Below, one piece after another: positions 38,856-43,610 of a stretch of 43,610 nucleotides of DNA. Numbering within the stretch: position 1 is the first letter of the stretch; each line of letters opens with the position of its first letter. Source of the DNA: an uncultured Planctomycetaceae bacterium (GTDB lineage: Bacteria > Planctomycetota > Planctomycetia > Planctomycetales > Planctomycetaceae). Below the pieces are notes generated by a model. It was not told where the DNA came from and ran no database searches. It was given only the letters and a program-made list of their open reading frames with translations. Made by a program: the position numbers and the translations under genes. Location of the stretch: contig CAXBME010000044.1 of the NCBI GenBank assembly GCA_963976765.1, positions 1 through 43,610 on the forward strand, in the 5' to 3' direction.

Positions 38856-39743
38856 GTGTCTGTTACAACAAAAATCGAATGGTGCGATAGCACCGTGAAT
38901 CCCGTCATGGGCTGCGAAGGGTGTGAGCTATGGAATGGGCAAGTCCAGTCCTGCTACGCCGGTGTCCTCCACCGTCGCTTTGGTGGATCAACGACTGGTT
39001 ACGCACCATCATTCGAGGAGGTCACCAAGTTTCCAGGACGGATGGCAGAGGCAGCTCGTTGGAGAGACCTCGCAATGGAAAAGCGTCCTCACAAGCCTTG
39101 GCTGGACAACCAGCCGAGGTTTATCTTCATCTCGGATATGGGTGACTCCCTGTCATCTTCGGTTGACTTTGCATATCTGGAAAATGAGGTCATCAACCAG
39201 GTGAAGTCAGATTCAGGTCGATCTCATGTCTGGCTCTGGTTGACGAAGCGACCTCAACGGATGGCAGAGTTTTCTGAACACCTACAACGTCGGGGGATTG
39301 ACTGGCCGCACAATCTTTGGCCTGGAACCTCACTCACGACACAGAAGAGCCTGTCGCGATTATCGCCACTCCGAGACATTGGTGATCGAGGCAACCATCG
39401 ATTTCTGTCGGTGGAACCGCAAGTCGAACACATTTGTCTCACGAACAGACTGGATGGCTTCTCCTGGGTGATCCAAGGGGGTGAATCGGGAGTGGAAGCC
39501 AGAAGCTTTGACATCGACTGGGCAAGATCGTTGCGTGACGAATGCCACGAGGCAGGAGCAGCGTATTTCCTTAAACAGTTGGGAAGCAGGCCGACTGAAA
39601 ACGGGAATCCTTTTCCTATCAGCAGAGGGCATGGAAACGACTGGACTGAATGGCCTGAGGATCTTCAACTGCGAGAAGTCCCTATCAGCCCGGAAATGGA
39701 CATCTTTGACCGACTGGATACAGCATCGGCCATTGACTGTTAG
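38856..39743 (+). CDS. DUF5131 (phage Gp37/Gp68) family protein
   Basis: TKIEWCDSTVNPVMGC...CYA, IFISDMGD, LTKRPQR, FLSVEP, WVIQGGESG and LRDEC...AYFLKQLG. GGAGG RBS before the GTG. Confidence 0.92.
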   Translation: MSVTTKIEWCDSTVNPVMGCEGCELWNGQVQSCYAGVLHRRFGGSTTGYAPSFEEVTKFPGRMAEAARWRDLAMEKRPHKPWLDNQPRFIFISDMGDSLSSSVDFAYLENEVINQVKSDSGRSHVWLWLTKRPQRMAEFSEHLQRRGIDWPHNLWPGTSLTTQKSLSRLSPLRDIGDRGNHRFLSVEPQVEHICLTNRLDGFSWVIQGGESGVEARSFDIDWARSLRDECHEAGAAYFLKQLGSRPTENGNPFPISRGHGNDWTEWPEDLQLREVPISPEMDIFDRLDTASAIDC

Positions 39744-39777
39744 TAAAGGGCATCTCACCCAAGATCCCACTCTCTCC

Positions 39778-39813
39778 AGCCCTGTGTTCCTCCCGGACCA
39801 CGGGGCTTTTTTT
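39778..39813 (+). terminator. Rho-independent terminator
   Basis: AGCCCTGTG...CACGGGGCT stem followed by a T-run after DUF5131. Confidence 0.7.
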
Positions 39814-40020
39814 GGCCCGAGGCAACCGGAAAGCTGGAACCAACGAAGACCTCATTCGTTACGTCGGTAAGGGAGAAAGCAGACACGGATTTCGTGGTGA
39901 ACGCCACGGACGCCAAGTCAACGGTGAGCTAGGAGCCGTCAATCCCGAAGCATGACCACCGACTCTGTCATCCCCAAGATAAAGCCAATGAGTGCCACAA
40001 TCAGCCAGAGCCGACCAAAC

Positions 40021-40200
40021 ACAAACTCCAGACTCCAGGGAAAACCAGACACACAGATCAGGAAGAAACAGGACCGGAAAGAACAGAAACAGTGGGAACA
40101 GGAAGAGAAAGAACATCAGGACAGGAAACAGAAACTACAGGAACAGAAACAACAGGCAACTATCTACCTCACAGAAAAGTAGTAGGGACTCCAGAGTTAA
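40021..40200 (+). repeat. T-poor tract with interspersed CAGGA (x6) and ACAGAAAC (x3) motifs
   Basis: Seen directly. 10 GGA trinucleotides between 40039 and 40188. Confidence 0.7.
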
Positions 40201-40231
40201 AAGACTCGAATCCTGAAGAGAGACCAGAGAC

Positions 40232-40591
40232 ATGAAACAGAGAGTAACCAACCCGACCGTCAAAGGGGCAGTCGGAACGACACGCCCCAAGAGCAGTGTG
40301 CTTTCCGGGGAATTCGGCTGGCTCAACGCACCGATTCCGAAGGCAGTTCATGCTCATGTCAAAAACATGGCATGCCTCTCGAACATGTCCCTGAAAGAGT
40401 ACATGGCATGGTTCCTGCGGACAGCTCGGCCTTGTACCGAGGCAGACCTGTCGCAGGACATGCCCGATCTCCCTGCACAAACGACTTTTCCTGATCCAGG
40501 ATGCTCCGCATCTCGTTCAGGAGAGGTCGCCGTGCTCGAATCCCCCAATGAGCTTGAGCGAGAACAGCCCCATGAAAACGATCACCATTGA
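40232..40591 (+). CDS. Putative ribbon-helix-helix DNA-binding protein
   Basis: WLNAPIPKAVHAHVKNMACLSNMSLKEYMAWFL beta-alpha-alpha pattern. Confidence 0.5.
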   Translation: MKQRVTNPTVKGAVGTTRPKSSVLSGEFGWLNAPIPKAVHAHVKNMACLSNMSLKEYMAWFLRTARPCTEADLSQDMPDLPAQTTFPDPGCSASRSGEVAVLESPNELEREQPHENDHH

Positions 40592-40985
40592 CGACGTAAC
40601 GACAAATCCGGAACAGGCGAAGCCACAGATTCAGACAGTCAGATGGCGACCTGATTTCGAGACCCCAGGCGTAATCCCTTACGACGTCGCACAAACCATC
40701 AAGAGTGAACGACGACCCGGAATCTGGTACGTCAATCCCGTCGGAACCGTCCATGCCTCAGTGGACTCAGCAGATTTCCTGAATGCTGTCCGCAAGAAGC
40801 AACGCGAATGGTATCGGCTCCTGAGTCGAGAGTACAAAAGCGGATGGCGAAGAGTGCGAAAGAAAGCCTCAATAGAGGAGCTTAACTACGGGTACGACGG
40901 AGTCATCATCCTGAAGGGAATGATCCTGAGGCTTGAGTTGTGGTCCAAAGAGAGACTCACGAACCCAACACTGAACACGCCGTAA
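40572..40985 (+). CDS. Hypothetical protein
   Basis: Overlaps the upstream ORF, plausible composition, no recognised motif. Confidence 0.55.
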   Translation: MKTITIDDVTTNPEQAKPQIQTVRWRPDFETPGVIPYDVAQTIKSERRPGIWYVNPVGTVHASVDSADFLNAVRKKQREWYRLLSREYKSGWRRVRKKASIEELNYGYDGVIILKGMILRLELWSKERLTNPTLNTP

Positions 40986-41168
40986 TCTCCGACCGCCGTA
41001 ACCCGTGTCGCCGCCATGGGTTTCCACTGTCCCACCGTTGCCGAAACAGCCCAGTCCCTGTACAGTAATGCCTACTCCCAAGGGTCAGATCAGCAAGAGG
41101 AGTGAGCGATAGGCCGCTAATCAATTCGACGATCCGACTCTCGGGCGAACTTGTCTGAGGTCCGATCC

Positions 41169-43553
41169 ATGAATGAAGCCGAAACCTGTCGAACTCTTGT
41201 TCGCCCCAAGCTGGAAGAAGCTGGTTGGGACGGGAACAAGCATTTCTACAGCGAGCAGATTTCCTTCACTGACGGCAGGATCATCGTACCAGCGGGGAAA
41301 CCAAGGAGGCTCAAGAAGAAGTTCTCCGACTTCCTGCTCCGCTACACTCGCGACATCACTCTGGCTGTCGTCGAAGCCAAGTCCAACAAACGACCAGCAG
41401 GGGATGGTCTTCAACAGGCCAAAGACTACGCAACCATCCTGGGGTTGAAGTTCGCCTACGCCACCAACGGCAACACGATCATCGAGTACGACTTTTTCAC
41501 GGGACTCGAACAAGAGGTCGAACGCTTCCCCACTCCGGATGAACTCTGGCACCGTTACCAGGTTGGTCAAGGACTTTCAGGGGACCTGGTTGATGCTCGA
41601 CTCGTACCGGACTTCCACAACCCAAAGAAAGTTCCTCGGTACTACCAGCGGATTGCGATCGATCGAGCCATCGAGTCCATCCTGACCGGTCAACGGCGAA
41701 ATCTCCTGACGCTTGCCACGGGGACAGGAAAAACCACGGTCGCATTCCAGATCTGTTGGAAACTCTGGTCAGCCAAGTGGAACATCAAGAAAGACCCCAC
41801 CCGCAGCACGAGAATCCTGTTTCTGGCCGATCGGAACGTACTGGTCGACGACCCCATGGCCAAGGATTTTGCCCCCTTCGACAAAGCCCGCTGGAAGATC
41901 GAAGGGGAAGCGATCAAGAGCCGGGAGATGTACTTCGCGATCTATCAGGCCATCGCGAGCGATGAACGCCGACCTGGACTCTACAAAGAGTATGCTCCGG
42001 ACTTCTTCGACCTGATCGTCATCGACGAATGCCACCGGGGGAGTGCTCGGGACGAAAGCAACTGGCGGGAAATCCTGGAATACTTCGAGCCAGCAGTTCA
42101 ACTCGGAATGACAGCCACTCCTCTCCGCGAAAAAGGTCCAGGGGAAAGCAACCGAGACACCTACCTCTATTTCGGCAATCCGCTCTACACATACAGCCTG
42201 AAGCAGGGAATTGCCGATGGCTTCCTGTCACCCTATCGGGTGCACAGAATCCTGACGACCTTCGATGCAACTGGCTGGCGACCCGACAAAGGACAAACGG
42301 ATAAATTCGGACGGGTTGTGCCCGATGACGAATACCACACGAAAGACTTCGAGCGAACCATCTCGATTGATGCACGAACGCAAGCCATCGCCAAGCACAT
42401 CACCGACTTCCTCAAGAAGACCGATCGACACTCGAAGACAATCGTCTTCTGCGTGGATCAGGAGCACGCCGACCAAATGCGGCGGGCTCTCCACAACCTG
42501 AACACCGATCTGCTCAACGAGATCCCACCCGGTGAGGAATACGTCGCTCGCGTCACATCGGATGAAGGAAAGATCGGCAAAGGGTTTCTCGGAAAGTTTC
42601 AAGACCCTGAAGAACGCTATCCCGTCATTCTCACAACCTCCCAGTTGCTCACGACTGGTGTCGATGCCCCGACCTGTCAAAACGTGGTTCTGGTTCGGAC
42701 GGTTGGTTCCATGTCAGAGTTCAAGCAGATCATCGGGCGTGGAACTCGTGTGAGAGAGGAAAACGGAAAACTCTTCTTCAACATCCTGGACTACACCGGC
42801 TCTGCCACTCAGATGTTCGCCGATCCGGAGTTCGACGGCGAGCCTGCTCTTGTGTCTGAGGAGGAGATTGACGAAGACGGTGAAACCATCGAAGGCTCCG
42901 AACACGTCGAGGAAGAACAGGACAATCCTTCCAACGAAGAGGAAACTTCAGACCCCAACTTCGACGATGAGAATCCTGAACCAAGAAAGTTCTATGTGCA
43001 TGGGGGACCGGGGGGAATTGATACCGAAGTCACAATGGACCTCGACTTCGACGGCTCGAAACTTCGGACTGTTCAGATCACTCAATACGTGGCTGACACT
43101 GTCCGCACCCTTTACACCAACCCAGACGATTTGAGAACACTCTGGTCAGACTTCGAACAACGTTCCTCCGTCGTTGATGCTTTTGAGGAACGAGGGATCG
43201 ACTTCCAGGAACTGGCTGCTCAGGCCGGACATCCGGATGCCGACCCTTTCGACCTACTCTGTCACTTGGCGTTCAACGCTCCACTGCTCACCCGGAAACA
43301 AAGAGCGGAGAAGCTGCGAAAGGAAAAGCAGGACTTCTTCGACCAGTTCGGCCCCGATGCCAGAACCATCCTGGAAGAGATGCTCAACAAGTACGCCGAA
43401 CACGGAACCAGCCAGTTCTCAGTCCCTGACGTTCTGGAAGTACCACCGATCTCGACTCATGGAAACGTGGTGGAGATCGCGAAGAAGTTCGGAGGAGCGG
43501 ACAAACTTACCAAGGCCGTGAGCCAGTTACAGATGTTGCTGTACGCAGCGTGA
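41169..43553 (+). CDS. hsdR: Type I restriction enzyme R subunit (EcoAI/EcoEI-like)
   Basis: MNEAETCR..V.PKL...GW, VVEAK nuclease motif, ATGTGKT, IDECHRG, MTATP, QIIGRGTR and an EcoEI-type C-terminus. Confidence 0.93.
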   Translation: MNEAETCRTLVRPKLEEAGWDGNKHFYSEQISFTDGRIIVPAGKPRRLKKKFSDFLLRYTRDITLAVVEAKSNKRPAGDGLQQAKDYATILGLKFAYATNGNTIIEYDFFTGLEQEVERFPTPDELWHRYQVGQGLSGDLVDARLVPDFHNPKKVPRYYQRIAIDRAIESILTGQRRNLLTLATGTGKTTVAFQICWKLWSAKWNIKKDPTRSTRILFLADRNVLVDDPMAKDFAPFDKARWKIEGEAIKSREMYFAIYQAIASDERRPGLYKEYAPDFFDLIVIDECHRGSARDESNWREILEYFEPAVQLGMTATPLREKGPGESNRDTYLYFGNPLYTYSLKQGIADGFLSPYRVHRILTTFDATGWRPDKGQTDKFGRVVPDDEYHTKDFERTISIDARTQAIAKHITDFLKKTDRHSKTIVFCVDQEHADQMRRALHNLNTDLLNEIPPGEEYVARVTSDEGKIGKGFLGKFQDPEERYPVILTTSQLLTTGVDAPTCQNVVLVRTVGSMSEFKQIIGRGTRVREENGKLFFNILDYTGSATQMFADPEFDGEPALVSEEEIDEDGETIEGSEHVEEEQDNPSNEEETSDPNFDDENPEPRKFYVHGGPGGIDTEVTMDLDFDGSKLRTVQITQYVADTVRTLYTNPDDLRTLWSDFEQRSSVVDAFEERGIDFQELAAQAGHPDADPFDLLCHLAFNAPLLTRKQRAEKLRKEKQDFFDQFGPDARTILEEMLNKYAEHGTSQFSVPDVLEVPPISTHGNVVEIAKKFGGADKLTKAVSQLQMLLYAA

Positions 43554-43610
43554 GAGGAGCTATTGTCAAATGTCGTGGCCTGAGACTGAATCAGGCGGCG
43601 TATTCCTGGA

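Larger units (their letters stand above)
36605..43610. mobile_element. Left end of a tRNA-Ser-integrated genomic island / integrative element (continues beyond the window)
   Basis: Displaced tRNA 3' half followed by phage/plasmid-type genes and a type I R-M gene. Confidence 0.7.

Noticed and set aside
39952..40182. 76-aa Q/K/E-rich protein
   Set aside because: Its composition is explained by the T-poor repeat tract, where stops are rare in all frames. Not called, though not excluded.

Overview
This looks like Planctomycete DNA, based on DUF1501, DUF1549/DUF1553 and DUF1559 genes and a planctomycete-type ECF sigma factor. It has four zones. (1) 0.3-8.6 kb: ordinary planctomycete genes (sialidase-like protein, DUF1501, LRR-DUF1549/DUF1553 fusion, M28 peptidase, ECF sigma). 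(2) ~9-30.5 kb: a dense general-stress cluster (YegS-type and CTP-dependent lipid kinases, GlsB/YeaQ, PLDc_N, AI-2E, DUF1328, ferritin, CsrA, PRC-barrel, PA2169-like, general stress protein 26, ThDP decarboxylase, USP). It is built around a 4-PAS hybrid kinase, an NtrC-family sigma54 activator and a PP2C phosphatase. Reading the intergenic DNA by eye shows seven sigma54 -24/-12 promoters, some in divergent pairs, and a recurring palindrome GRTC-N7-GAYC at enhancer distance. Together these suggest a self-contained sigma54-driven stress regulon. (3) ~28.5-36.3 kb (overlapping the end of zone 2): a decaying accessory stretch with pseudogenes, a solo IS200 tnpA, a NagD-like gene, DUF1559 plus a lipoprotein, a GNAT toxin relic, dienelactone hydrolase and a 14-bp VNTR. 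(4) From ~36.6 kb: the left end of an element integrated at tRNA-Ser(TGA), of which only the 3' half is present. An ORF reads through this att site. It is followed by a coupled operon (primase-like remnant, stand-alone DnaX-like AAA+, DUF5131), a CAGGA-rich T-poor tract, an RHH-like gene and a type I restriction HsdR. All family calls come from motif recognition; no database searches were run.
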